Shown here one piece after another: positions 30,929 through 40,580 of a DNA stretch of 64,000 nucleotides (its first letter is position 1; the number at the start of each line of letters is the position of its first letter). The notes beneath the pieces are model-generated. The model did not search any database and was not told where the DNA came from. It was given only the letters and a program-made list of their open reading frames with translations. The translations under genes were made by a program, and so were the position numbers. The DNA is taken from the NCBI GenBank assembly GCA_001567115.1, contig LMZT01000038.1, positions 9,530 to 73,529 of the forward strand, written 5' to 3'. This stretch comes from Candidatus Hinthialibacteria bacterium OLB16 (GTDB taxonomy: Bacteria; Hinthialibacterota; Hinthialibacteria; OLB16).

Positions 30929-31663
30929 CTATCTGCGGCTGGCGGCCCACTCGATCGACTGAACCAGAATCTTCCGGAACTCGGGAGGCTCCAGCGATTT
31001 CGGATCATGCCCGAGGGCGAAATAGACACAACGGGCATTGTGGAAATAGTGGGTGCAGAGCAATGGTTCAGTCACTGTGTGCCCGAAGCGTTCCTGATCA
31101 GCGGTCAGGATGACATGGATATCCGGGCGCATCAGCAGGTTGAAATAAAGCTCATCATCGGTCACGAAGGGTTTGACCCCCTCGATGATCGGGTGGCCCT
31201 CATCGGCCACATCCACCCGGAAAGTATGGTAGGGATCATGGGTGGATTTTCCACTCACCCACATGGCCCCGAAGATGTCGATTGAGTCGCGCCAGTTCTG
31301 GGTGTTGGCTACCGCATAGTGATTGGCCACCAGCCCGCCGCCACCTTTGAGAAATTCAGTGATCCCTTCTTTGACCGCATCGGGCGGATTGCCATCCGGT
31401 GCTGCCATCTGCACCAGCAGCAGGACATCGTAATTCTTCAAATTCTCAAGCTTCATCGCATCCAGGTTCTCTTTTGGTACCGCTGTGATGGCGACTGAGG
31501 GTTCCTGAGCTTGTATCGTTGCCAGCAGAGAGTTCCACACCCCGGCCTCGTTGTGGGGTTCAAGACCTACCATCAAACATTTCACCGGAGGGGTCTCTGC
31601 CATTGCCTGTGCAGAAGCCAGTATCACAACCAGCAGAAATCGACAGATATGAGTGGATCGCAT
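30929..31663 (-). CDS. Secreted ThuA-like protein (class-I glutamine-amidotransferase-like fold, trehalose-utilisation ThuA family).
   Basis: Signal peptide MRSTHICRFLLVVILASAQAMA. ThuA-like pattern (YDVLLLV...GGGLVANHYA...HPIIEGVKPFVTDDELY). Confidence 0.55.
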   Translation of the reverse strand: MRSTHICRFLLVVILASAQAMAETPPVKCLMVGLEPHNEAGVWNSLLATIQAQEPSVAITAVPKENLDAMKLENLKNYDVLLLVQMAAPDGNPPDAVKEGITEFLKGGGGLVANHYAVANTQNWRDSIDIFGAMWVSGKSTHDPYHTFRVDVADEGHPIIEGVKPFVTDDELYFNLLMRPDIHVILTADQERFGHTVTEPLLCTHYFHNARCVYFALGHDPKSLEPPEFRKILVQSIEWAASRR

Positions 31664-31840
31664 TTTTTCTCCTTTACTGGATGGGTGAGAATCGGCCCAT
31701 TATAACCACTCCCGGGAAAAGGAGAATCACAAATCCACCCATTCGAACCATCATGAGCAGTCTTCCTGGAGTTTGATGAGCTGTAGCACCAGCTGAGGGG
31801 CATTATCAATCTCCCGGGGATCCCTTACCTTGGAGACGGC

Positions 31841-32959
31841 ATGAAAATCACAGGTGTTCATCTCATCCCACTGGTTTACCCGACCCGGGGTCGGTTCAAA
31901 TTTTTTGAAAGCCCCACCGGGAGAACCGGGCGTGCTGCTGTTCTGGTCAAGGTTGCCACGGATGAGGGTCTGGCTGGATGGGGGCAGAGTGTTCCAGTCC
32001 CGCGCTGGAGCTCGGAGACCCTGGAAAGTGCGCTCACCACACTGGAGCGTTACCTCGCCCCTCTCCTGACCGGACAGGATCCCCGCGATATCGAGGCGAT
32101 CCACCACCTGATGAACCGTGAGATTGCTGGCTCTTTTTCCGCCGGTGCTCCTATTACCAAGGCCGGCATCGATCTGGCTCTGCATGATCTGTGGGGGAAG
32201 GCAGAGGGTAGAAACATTCGCGACTGCTGGGGCAGAAAAGGAAAACAAAGCCTCACTGTAAGCTGGACCCTGAATCCCGCATCGCTCGAGGATGTGGAGG
32301 GTATGATTGAGGAAGGGCTTTCGAAAGGTTACCGCCACTTCAATGTGAAAGTGGCTCCGGATCTCAAATTCGACCTGGAATTATGCCGGATCGTTAAAAA
32401 GCGGGTCCCGGATGGCTTTTTATGGTGTGATGCCAATGGGGGGTATGACCTCCCGACCGCGCTGGAGGCGGCTCCATCCCTGGCCGATCTGGGAGTGCCG
32501 GTCCTCGAACAGCCATTGCCAGCCCACCGCCTCAGCGGATACCGCGAGTTATGCCGGCAGGGGGCTTTGCCAATCCTGATGGATGAAGGAGTCGTTTCTC
32601 CGGAGGATCTGCTCGAATTCATCCGGCTTGGCTGTTGCAATGGAGTGGCGATGAAACCGGCCAGGTGCGGGGGGCTTCTTTCAGCACGCCGGCAGGTGGA
32701 AATCCTGCTCAATGAGGGCCTGTTGTTCCTGGGGTCTGGGCTGACCGATCCGGATATCTCTCTGGCAGCGGCCCTCAACCTCTATGCCGCTTATGATCTT
32801 GCATATCCAGCGGCTTTAAATGGCCCGCAGTTCCTCGATGGCAGCCTGCTCAAAAATCCATTCTTGCCCGGGGGGGAGATCCAGGTTCCCCAGGGGCCTG
32901 GGCTTGGGATCGAGGTGGATGAAACAAGGATCGAAGGCCTGCGCGTCAATCTCTTTTAA
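31841..32959 (+). CDS. Enolase-superfamily enzyme, mandelate racemase / muconate lactonizing enzyme (MR/MLE) family.
   Basis: Capping domain (AAVLVKVATDEGLAGWG) and barrel metal ligands (HFNVKVAP...WCDANGGY...LEQPL...MDEG) typical of MR/MLE. Confidence 0.8.
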   Translation: MKITGVHLIPLVYPTRGRFKFFESPTGRTGRAAVLVKVATDEGLAGWGQSVPVPRWSSETLESALTTLERYLAPLLTGQDPRDIEAIHHLMNREIAGSFSAGAPITKAGIDLALHDLWGKAEGRNIRDCWGRKGKQSLTVSWTLNPASLEDVEGMIEEGLSKGYRHFNVKVAPDLKFDLELCRIVKKRVPDGFLWCDANGGYDLPTALEAAPSLADLGVPVLEQPLPAHRLSGYRELCRQGALPILMDEGVVSPEDLLEFIRLGCCNGVAMKPARCGGLLSARRQVEILLNEGLLFLGSGLTDPDISLAAALNLYAAYDLAYPAALNGPQFLDGSLLKNPFLPGGEIQVPQGPGLGIEVDETRIEGLRVNLF

Positions 32960-34209
32960 CCTGCCGAGACACTGCCCCTCGGCTTGAAAATGCGCTTGGT
33001 TTTGTCGTACGCCAGCTGCGCTCCAAGGTGCTGGGATTCGGATGCCAGTGTGGCAACCACCGATTGGGCATACCCGGCTTCGATGGGGGCATTGGTGGCC
33101 GCACGGTTGCGCATGCAGTCGAGGAAGTTTCCCATGTGATTGTCGGATGGCATGTCCTTGATCGGAATGGCTTCGGCCAGTTTGTCTTTCCCGCCTCCAT
33201 CCGGAACCGCTTTCCAGCTGGCGGTGTCAAAGGATCCTTTTGATCCATAGACTATGACCTCGGGGGTGGGGCGCATATTGCCCAGCCGGTTGGAGTACCG
33301 CAGCAAAAACCCTTTTGGAAATTCATACAGGCATTCGATCGTGTCGCAGTGCTCGCGCCCATCCTTCCAAATGTAAATTCCGCCCAGAGCGGTTCCATAG
33401 AGCGGATATGGATCATTCATGAACCAGAGCGCAATATCCATCACATGGCTGCCCAGAAGCCCGGGAAGCCCGCAGGTGTAGTCCCGGAAGAGGTGCCAGC
33501 AACGGTACCTGCGTGGATCGAAAGGCCGATTCGATTGCCCCATCAGATACTGCTCCCAATCGACATCCTCCTGGCGGACATCTGAAAAATCACGCGCCCA
33601 GCGGGGATTGGCATCATGCCAGGCGGTATCGATTTCGGTGATCGTTCCCAGGATTCCGGATTGAATCAGGTCTGCTCCAGCCTTGAATTGCCCTTCGCTG
33701 CGCCGTTGAGTCCCGATCTGCACCACAATGTTGTTATCCTTGACTGTGTCATAAGCCAGCACTGCTTCCTCGAGTGTTCTCGACATCGGCTTTTCACAGT
33801 AGGCGTCTTTTTTGGCCTGGGCCGCAGCGGTCAGTATCGGACAATGGGCATGGTCGGGTGTCGCGATGATCACGCCATCGACATCCGGCCTTGCCAGCAG
33901 CTCCCCATATTTTGAGGTGCTGAATGGAGCCTTCCCGGTCTTTTCCCGTATCCGGGCGGCTGCCTTCTCGAGGTTTGGGCGCCAGACATCACAGACAGCG
34001 GTAATTTCTACCGAGTGGGAATCCGCCAGCTTCTCGATTTCTTCGATATGGTAGGTGCCGCGCCCTCCACACCCGATGATCCCCAGCCGGATCCGCTCGT
34101 TGGCTCCATTGGCGCGAGTCTGCGAAAGCGCCCATCCAGCGAGAGCCGCTCCCGCTGTGCTGGTGAGAAATCCACGGCGTGTTGTCGTTTCACCATTTCC
34201 CTGTGGCAT
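32956..34209 (-). CDS. Tat-exported Gfo/Idh/MocA family oxidoreductase (periplasmic glucose-fructose-oxidoreductase-like).
   Basis: Twin-arginine signal TTRRGFLTSTAGAALAGWALS. Rossmann motif IRLGIIGCGGRG, then EKP motif (AYCEKPMS). Start set at the second ATG, preceded by AAGGGAGGA. The stop codon overlaps the convergent MR/MLE stop by 4 nt. Confidence 0.8.
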   Translation of the reverse strand: MPQGNGETTTRRGFLTSTAGAALAGWALSQTRANGANERIRLGIIGCGGRGTYHIEEIEKLADSHSVEITAVCDVWRPNLEKAAARIREKTGKAPFSTSKYGELLARPDVDGVIIATPDHAHCPILTAAAQAKKDAYCEKPMSRTLEEAVLAYDTVKDNNIVVQIGTQRRSEGQFKAGADLIQSGILGTITEIDTAWHDANPRWARDFSDVRQEDVDWEQYLMGQSNRPFDPRRYRCWHLFRDYTCGLPGLLGSHVMDIALWFMNDPYPLYGTALGGIYIWKDGREHCDTIECLYEFPKGFLLRYSNRLGNMRPTPEVIVYGSKGSFDTASWKAVPDGGGKDKLAEAIPIKDMPSDNHMGNFLDCMRNRAATNAPIEAGYAQSVVATLASESQHLGAQLAYDKTKRIFKPRGSVSAG

Positions 34210-34248
34210 GAGCCTGTCCTCCCTTTTCATGAGATCCCTTTCGGTTGG

Positions 34249-35166
34249 TCACTGATCCGAAAACAGTTTGATTTCGGATTTCTTCCATTTCTGATAAAAG
34301 GCTTCGATGGCTGGCTTGTCCGCACCCGGTGAATGCACCAGGACCAGAAAACGCAGGGTGACATGGTCTCCCTGCCGGTACTGGACTCCCTGAGGTGGCA
34401 GCCAGTACATCGGAGTGGGAGACATGAATCCATAATCTCGTGTGAAAAAGGGCCAGGGATACCCGCACAGGCTGGGGTGCTGGTACAGCGTCAATCCCTC
34501 ATCATGTCCATTGATATTTCCGCTGTAATCGCACCATTCTGCACGGCTCCCGAAGGTTTCGGCTTCTCGTTCGCCTCCGAGGGAATCAGTCAGCATCCCG
34601 CCTCCACGCACTGAAATCTCGGGAATCACCTCTGCAGAAAAAAGGGCATGGTTGGAGGGGAGAATCGTGGTATCCACCTTGAATTCGATATCAAAGATGC
34701 ACTCGATCCATCTGGCGCATTTCTCCGGGGCGGAAATGATGATTGTGCGCGTATCCCGGATCGGTGATGGGCGGCCGGAACACACCCAGTCGCAACGGTC
34801 CTGGATCACAACACGAGCCCCCTGCTCGAGAACCTGCGGCCCGAGTGAAACCTGGCGTCCACGGTCGATGCCTTCCTGCCAGAAATTGCATCCGTTGACC
34901 TGGTCACAGGCCAGGTAAAGCGAGCGATGATGGGGATGGCCGATTCCCTCCTCGATAGTCAGGCTCTCCCCGGATGCGGGCCCGATGATCGGCCAGAGGT
35001 AGGGAAATTTCCAGTTCGATGGAAAACGGTAAGAGGTAAACAGCACACCATCGACAAACACATCGATGCGTTCATCTTCGAGTGTCGTGGTCAGATTGCA
35101 GGCTTCGATTGGCACAGCCAGTAAGAAGCACCCGGCCAGGGAGAGCGTGACCAGGCATCGTTTCAT
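34249..35166 (-). CDS. Secreted lipoprotein of the DUF6807 / PmoA-like family (function unknown; commonly partnered with Gfo/Idh/MocA oxidoreductases).
   Basis: Lipobox MKRCLVTLSLAGC. ~300-aa body. The ATG overlaps the upstream AKR stop (ATGA). 18 nt upstream of the Tat-Gfo/Idh/MocA gene on the same strand. Confidence 0.5.
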   Translation of the reverse strand: MKRCLVTLSLAGCFLLAVPIEACNLTTTLEDERIDVFVDGVLFTSYRFPSNWKFPYLWPIIGPASGESLTIEEGIGHPHHRSLYLACDQVNGCNFWQEGIDRGRQVSLGPQVLEQGARVVIQDRCDWVCSGRPSPIRDTRTIIISAPEKCARWIECIFDIEFKVDTTILPSNHALFSAEVIPEISVRGGGMLTDSLGGEREAETFGSRAEWCDYSGNINGHDEGLTLYQHPSLCGYPWPFFTRDYGFMSPTPMYWLPPQGVQYRQGDHVTLRFLVLVHSPGADKPAIEAFYQKWKKSEIKLFSDQ

Positions 35167-36167
35167 TTCTTTTTGTCCGCCTGCAGAATGGAGTCGATCC
35201 GGGCCAGTTCTTCCTGGGTGAAGGCCAGGTTCTTGAGCGCTGCGACATTCTCTTCGATCTGCTGGACTGTGCTGGCTCCGATCAGAGCCGAAGTCATCCG
35301 CGTGTCTCTCAGCACCCATGCCAGAGCCATCTGAGCCAGGCTCTGCCCTCTGCCCTGGGCAATCTCCTGGAACTGGCGTGCCATTTCGATGCGCTCATCA
35401 GTGACCTGTTCCGGGCGCAGAAAACCATGGGGTTTCCCCGCACGCGAATCCCCCGGAATCCCGCCCAGATAACGGCTGGTGAGCAGCCCCTGGGCAAGCG
35501 GGCAGAAGGCGATGCAGCCGATCCCTTCCTGTCCGAGCACATCCAGCAGGCCTCCTTCGATCCAGCGGTCGAACATGGAATAGGAGGGCTGGTGAATCAG
35601 GCAGGGGGTCCCCAGCCTTTTCAGGATCGACGCAGCCTCAGAAGTCTTCTCGGCTGAGTAGGAGGAAATTCCAGCATAGAGGGCCTTGCCCTGGCGGACC
35701 GCCGCATCCAGTGCGCCCATGGTTTCATCCAGCGGGGTGGTGGGATCGAAACGGTGGGAGTAAAACAGGTCCACATAATCAACTCCCAGACGCCTGAGGC
35801 TCTGGTCCAGGCTGGCCAGCAGGTATTTCCGTGAGCCCCACTCCCCATAAGGGCCGGGCCACATGAAGTAGCCAGCCTTGGTTGAAATGAACAGTTCATC
35901 CCGGTAGGGACCCAGATCCTTTTTCAGAATCCGGCCGAAAGTCTCCTCGGCAGACCCGGCGGGTGGGCCATAGTTATTGGCCAGGTCGAAATGATTGATG
36001 CCCAGGTCGAATGCCCGCAGGCACATCGCACGGCTGTTCTCAAATCGATCGACTTCGCCGAAGTTGTGCCACAGCCCCAGTGAGATCGCCGGCAGCTTGA
36101 CCCCGCTGCGGCCGGAGCGGTTATATTTCATGGAATCGTAACGGTTTGCCGATGGGGTGCAGGCCAT
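35163..36167 (-). CDS. Aldo/keto reductase (Tas/YghZ-like, AKR superfamily).
   Basis: MKYNRSGRSGVKLPAISLGLWHNFG...GINHFDLANNYGPP...LFISTKAG...YVDLFYSHRFD... canonical AKR motifs. Start chosen at the ATG (MACTPS...) preceded by GGGAGGT RBS. The ORF-track N-terminal extension is unlikely. Confidence 0.8.
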   Translation of the reverse strand: MACTPSANRYDSMKYNRSGRSGVKLPAISLGLWHNFGEVDRFENSRAMCLRAFDLGINHFDLANNYGPPAGSAEETFGRILKKDLGPYRDELFISTKAGYFMWPGPYGEWGSRKYLLASLDQSLRRLGVDYVDLFYSHRFDPTTPLDETMGALDAAVRQGKALYAGISSYSAEKTSEAASILKRLGTPCLIHQPSYSMFDRWIEGGLLDVLGQEGIGCIAFCPLAQGLLTSRYLGGIPGDSRAGKPHGFLRPEQVTDERIEMARQFQEIAQGRGQSLAQMALAWVLRDTRMTSALIGASTVQQIEENVAALKNLAFTQEELARIDSILQADKKK

Positions 36168-36361
36168 TTGTTTACCTCCCGCAAGTGAGAGACCAACAAT
36201 AGCACAGACAGCAGCCGCGATCCTATCCGCTCTTTTTCTTCGAAGATAAAGGATCGACAGCTGTGTGAAGTTATATTGAACCCGCTCCCACCCGCCCGGA
36301 AAAGGCAGGCGGGCCAGCGGGTTCATTCAACCTTTAGAGAATTCCGATGCCGCCGCTCTTC

Positions 36362-39300
36362 TTACGAGCAACCGGTCGTTCCACCGCAGGAGGTACATTT
36401 CAGGCAGGTCCCATTCCTTACCATTGTGAACTGCCCGCAGATCGCGCAGGGGTCGCCCTCAAATCCCTTGAGGCGTGCTTCGGCGACACGGCGGTGCCAG
36501 TTGAGCACATCCTCTTTTTCGCTGGCCGCCACACTGGCAGACAAGGCTGTGGCGGATCCATGCGCTGCCTCGACTGAATGGCCATGGCCATTTTTCCCAT
36601 TCCCATTGCCATAAATCAGGCTGCTGCCATTGGCTGGTTCAGCGGCGGTCCCTGGCTGGAAATGGCTGGAGTGGCGGTGCTGGGGGCCGGGGTAAAAAGG
36701 GGAATCGGAGGGAACCATGCGTTCTTCGACAATCTCTTCATCATCGAAAGCCGGCTCGTCATCCGGGCGCCCGAGCGTGTCTCCGCGCAAATCTTCCGGT
36801 TTCACCTGCGCCAGATCGAAACGATCCAGATAAGAAATCGCCAGCTCGCGGAAAATGTAGTCGATCACCGAAGTGCTCATCTTGATATAGGAGTGGCCAT
36901 CCACCCCGCCATTCGGCTCGAAACGGGTGAACACAAAGGCATCGACAAACTCATCGAGCGGAACTCCATACTGAAGCCCCAGCGAAACGGCAATCGCAAA
37001 ACAGTTCATCAGGCTGCGGAAAGCGGCCCCTTCTTTGTGCATGTCAACGAAGATCTCCCCGAGGTTCCCATCGGTGAATTCTCCGGTGCGGAGGTAAACC
37101 TTGTGCCCTCCGACACGCGCTTTCTGGGTGTACCCGGTGCGGCGGTGGGGAAGCCTGCGCCGTTTGGCGAGATACCGGAACACAACACGTTCCGCAATCT
37201 CCTGGGCAGGAGTCTCTGCTTTTGACTCGGTCCATTCGTCATCTTCGAGCAGCTCAGCGGATTGGGCGCTCAATGGCTGGCTGAGCTTGGAACCATCACG
37301 GTACAGTGCGATCGCTTTGATCATCAGTGTCCAGCTCTTGTCATAGGCAGCGCGGACATCCTCCACACTGGCCTGGCTGGGCATGTTGATAGTTTTCGAG
37401 ATCGCTCCGGAAATAAAATGGCTGTGCGGCGGCCATCATGCGCAGGTGGCCTTCCGGAGCGATATAGCGCCGCCCTTTCCGTCCGCAGGGGCTGGCACAA
37501 TCAAACACCGGCAGATGCTCCGGCAGGAGGTGTGGCGCTCCTTCGAGTGTCATCCTTCCGCAGATGGCTTCGTTGGCCTCCTGGATTTCCGTTTCAGTGA
37601 ACCCAAGTTCTTCGAGCAGGTCGAAAGACTGCCCTAACAGGCGCTCCTCGGGAATTCCCAGATGATTCCGGCAGAAATCCTCACCGACTGTGTAGCGGGT
37701 AAACACATAGCGAATATCGAAGGCCGACCTCACCTCCGCTTCGAGGCGTTCCAGGACTTCCTCTGTAAAACCTTTCTCGACCAGTGTATTACGGTTAATC
37801 GGCGTGGGATTGTTGAGAGAGGCTGTCCCGACCAGGTATTCCACCATTTCATCGATCTGCGCATCCGCATACCCAAGGCGATGCAATGCGAGGGGCACGG
37901 ACTGGTTTGCGATCCGGAAATACCCTCCGCCGGCCAGTTTTTTGAATTTCACCAGCGCATAATCCGGCTCGATTCCTGTTGTGTCGCAATCCATCACCAG
38001 GCTGATGGTTCCTGTCGGAGCCAGCACAGTCACCTGGGCGTTGTGGTACCCATATCTCTCGCCGAGATCCAATGCCTGATCCCAGGTTTCACGCGCTGCG
38101 CGCAGAAAATCCTCCGGGCAGATTTCCGGATTGATCGCACAGGGGAAAACAGACAGGCCCTCATATTCATCCTTGGGCGCATTGTATGCCGCACGGCGGT
38201 GGTTCCGGATGACCCGCAGCATGTGCTCCCGGTTCCTGTGGTATCCCGGGAAGGGGCCGAGTTTGTGGGCCATCGCAGCGGAGGTGGCATAGGCTTCTCC
38301 GGTCATCACCGAAGTCACCGCGCCTGTGAGGGCGGCTGCTTCCGGGGAATCGTATGGAATCCCCATCACCATCAGCAGGGTGCCAAGGTTGGCATACCCC
38401 AGCCCGAGTGTTCTGAACTCATAGCTCAACCGGGCGATGGATTGTGATGGAAACTGCGCCATCAGCACCGAAATCTCCAGCGTCATGGTCCACAGGCGGC
38501 AGGCATGACGGAACCCCTCGATATCGAACTTCCCGCTATCGGTATCGTAAAAGGTCATCAGGTTCAATGAGGCGAGATTGCAGGCGGTATCATCGAGGAA
38601 CATGTACTCCGAGCAGGGATTGGAGGCATTGATGCGGCCGTCGGCCGGGCAGGTGTGCCACTCGTTGATGGTCGAATCAAATTGAATGCCGGGATCGGCG
38701 CAGGCCCAGGCGGCATAAGCCACCTGGTTCCAGAGGTCACGCGCGCGGATCGATTTGCTGATCTTCCCATCGGTGCGGCGGGTGAGATTCCACATTCCAT
38801 CCTCTTGAACCGCATGCATGAAATCATTCGTGATGCGCACCGAATTATTGGAATTCTGTCCGGAAACTGTGGCGTAGCCTTCCGATTCCCAATCCGTGGT
38901 GATGTTGGCGAATTCGATCCCGGTGTACCCCTGGGAGGCCAGCTGGATGGCGCGTTGAATATAATTGCCTGGCACCTCATGGAGCCGTGCGGACCGGATC
39001 GAAAGGGCCAGCTCCCGGTTCTTTTTGGCTGGAAACGGTCTTCGCCCTTGAGATTGATATTGGCGAAGCAGGCCTGCATGATGGCGTTCATGTGGTGGCT
39101 GCAGATGCGGCTGCCGGTCACCATGGAGGCCACTTTCTGTTCCTCGCGCACCTTCCAGTTGATGAAGTCCTCGATGTCCGGGTGGTCGATATTGACGACC
39201 ACCATTTTGGCGGCCCGGCGTGTGGTGCCACCGGATTTGATCGCTCCGGCGGAACGGTCGCCGATGCGCAGGAAGCTCATCAATCCCGAGCTTCTCCCGC

Positions 39301-40042
39301 CGCCGGACAGCGATTCGCCGACCCCGCGGATGTCCGAAAAATTCGAGCCTGTTCCTGAACCATATTTGAACAGCCGGGCTTCACGCACCCACAGATCCAT
39401 GATCCCGCCTTCACCCACCAGGTCATCGGCGACCGACTGAATGAAGCAGGCATGTGGCTGTGGCCGCTCGTAAGCGTTGGTCGAACGCATCACCTGGCTG
39501 GTGCGCGATTCGACATAGTAATGCCCCTGGGGCGGCCCTTCGATGCCATAAGCCCAGTGCAGTCCGGTATTGAACCACTGCGGAGAGTTGGGAGCTGCCA
39601 TCTGGGCTGCGAGCGAATAACGCATTTCATCGAAATAGGCGCGCGCATCTTCCTCGCTGCAGAAATATCCGTGTTTCCAGCCCCAATAGGTCCAGCAGCC
39701 AGCCAGGCGGTCAAATACATCCCGGCCATCACGCTCTCCGCCGTAACGTTCCTCCGGGGGGAGTTTTTCGAGGGCTTCTTCATCCGCCACCCGCCGCTGC
39801 AGCCACTGCGGGACCCCTGTCTCCTGAATGTGGCGCAGCCGGGTGGGAACTCCGGCTTTGCGGCAGTATTTCTGGGCCAGGATATCTGTCGCCACCTGGG
39901 ACCATTTCTTCGGCACCTGGATGTCCGGCGCTTCGAAAACCACCGTTCCATCTGTGTTCGTGATTCGCGATACGCGTGGCCCGAACTCGAGCGTATCGTA
40001 TGGATTCGTTCCCGCTTGTGTGAATCTTCTTTCGATTTTCAT
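36362..40042 (-). CDS. nrdJ: Adenosylcobalamin-dependent (class II) ribonucleotide reductase NrdJ. It is split into three ORF-track fragments by two apparent homopolymer frameshifts (~39020-39032 and ~37412-37422).
   Basis: N fragment [59 protein letters not shown] (classic NrdJ start, GGGAGG RBS). Middle fragment [20 protein letters not shown]...[29 protein letters not shown] fragment [20 protein letters not shown]...ALYRDGSK plus a terminal CxxC...CxxC zinc ribbon. The junctions read continuously after single-base correction in a T5 and a T4 run. Confidence 0.85.
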
Positions 40043-40158
40043 CTTTCCGCTCCCTCCCCGCGTCATCCCCGTTGTGACGAGCGCTCCTTGACTGAATATA
40101 GGCGGGCTTCGGCGTTTGATTTCATGAGCACACGATTTCATTCAAGTGTTACAGACTT

Positions 40159-40181
40159 TTACACTGTCTGTTCACCCAGCA
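40159..40181. promoter_or_regulatory. Inverted repeat ACAGACttttacactGTCTGT about 120 nt upstream of the nrdJ start; candidate operator.
   Basis: Read directly in the 540-nt divergent intergenic region between nrdJ and the SAT-like gene. It does not match the canonical NrdR box well. Confidence 0.2.
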
Positions 40182-40580
40182 TTCTGACAAGAAGGCAGAA
40201 ATTTTCGGGATTCTCCCCCCGAACCTTCCCTGATAAGCCCTGTGTGTCCCTAAGAATTTTACGCCAAAGCAGGACCAGATATCAACGACATCTAGTAGTA
40301 AGATCGGCACTGTAGCCCAATATCTTGATGTTTTCAAGTAAAATCTCGCTGAATCCTGGAAGTATTTTTTCCCCCTCACCCAAGTTCAGAGTTCAGAGGG
40401 GCTTAGCCTGCAGGCCTGTTTCCTCTCCCACTTTTCATCCACAAAGAGGCAACAGCCATGTAACAGGTTGAGCACAGGTCTTTCGCGGAAAACGCATCAT
40501 TCCCTCCAGGGTTGGGTCTCTTGACCCATGAACGAAACCTCCGATACTGCTGCTATACTGAAGGGAGGATTTGTTCATCG

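Noticed and set aside
35309-36326. ORF-track N-terminal extensions: AKR to 36326, DUF6807 to 35319, Tat oxidoreductase to 34230, GH5-like to 23264 (TTG), CBM protein to 24508
   Set aside because: In each case an internal ATG sits right after a strong GGAGG-type RBS and begins a recognisable signal peptide or the conserved N-terminus. The upstream extension encodes Arg/Gly-rich non-conserved sequence.
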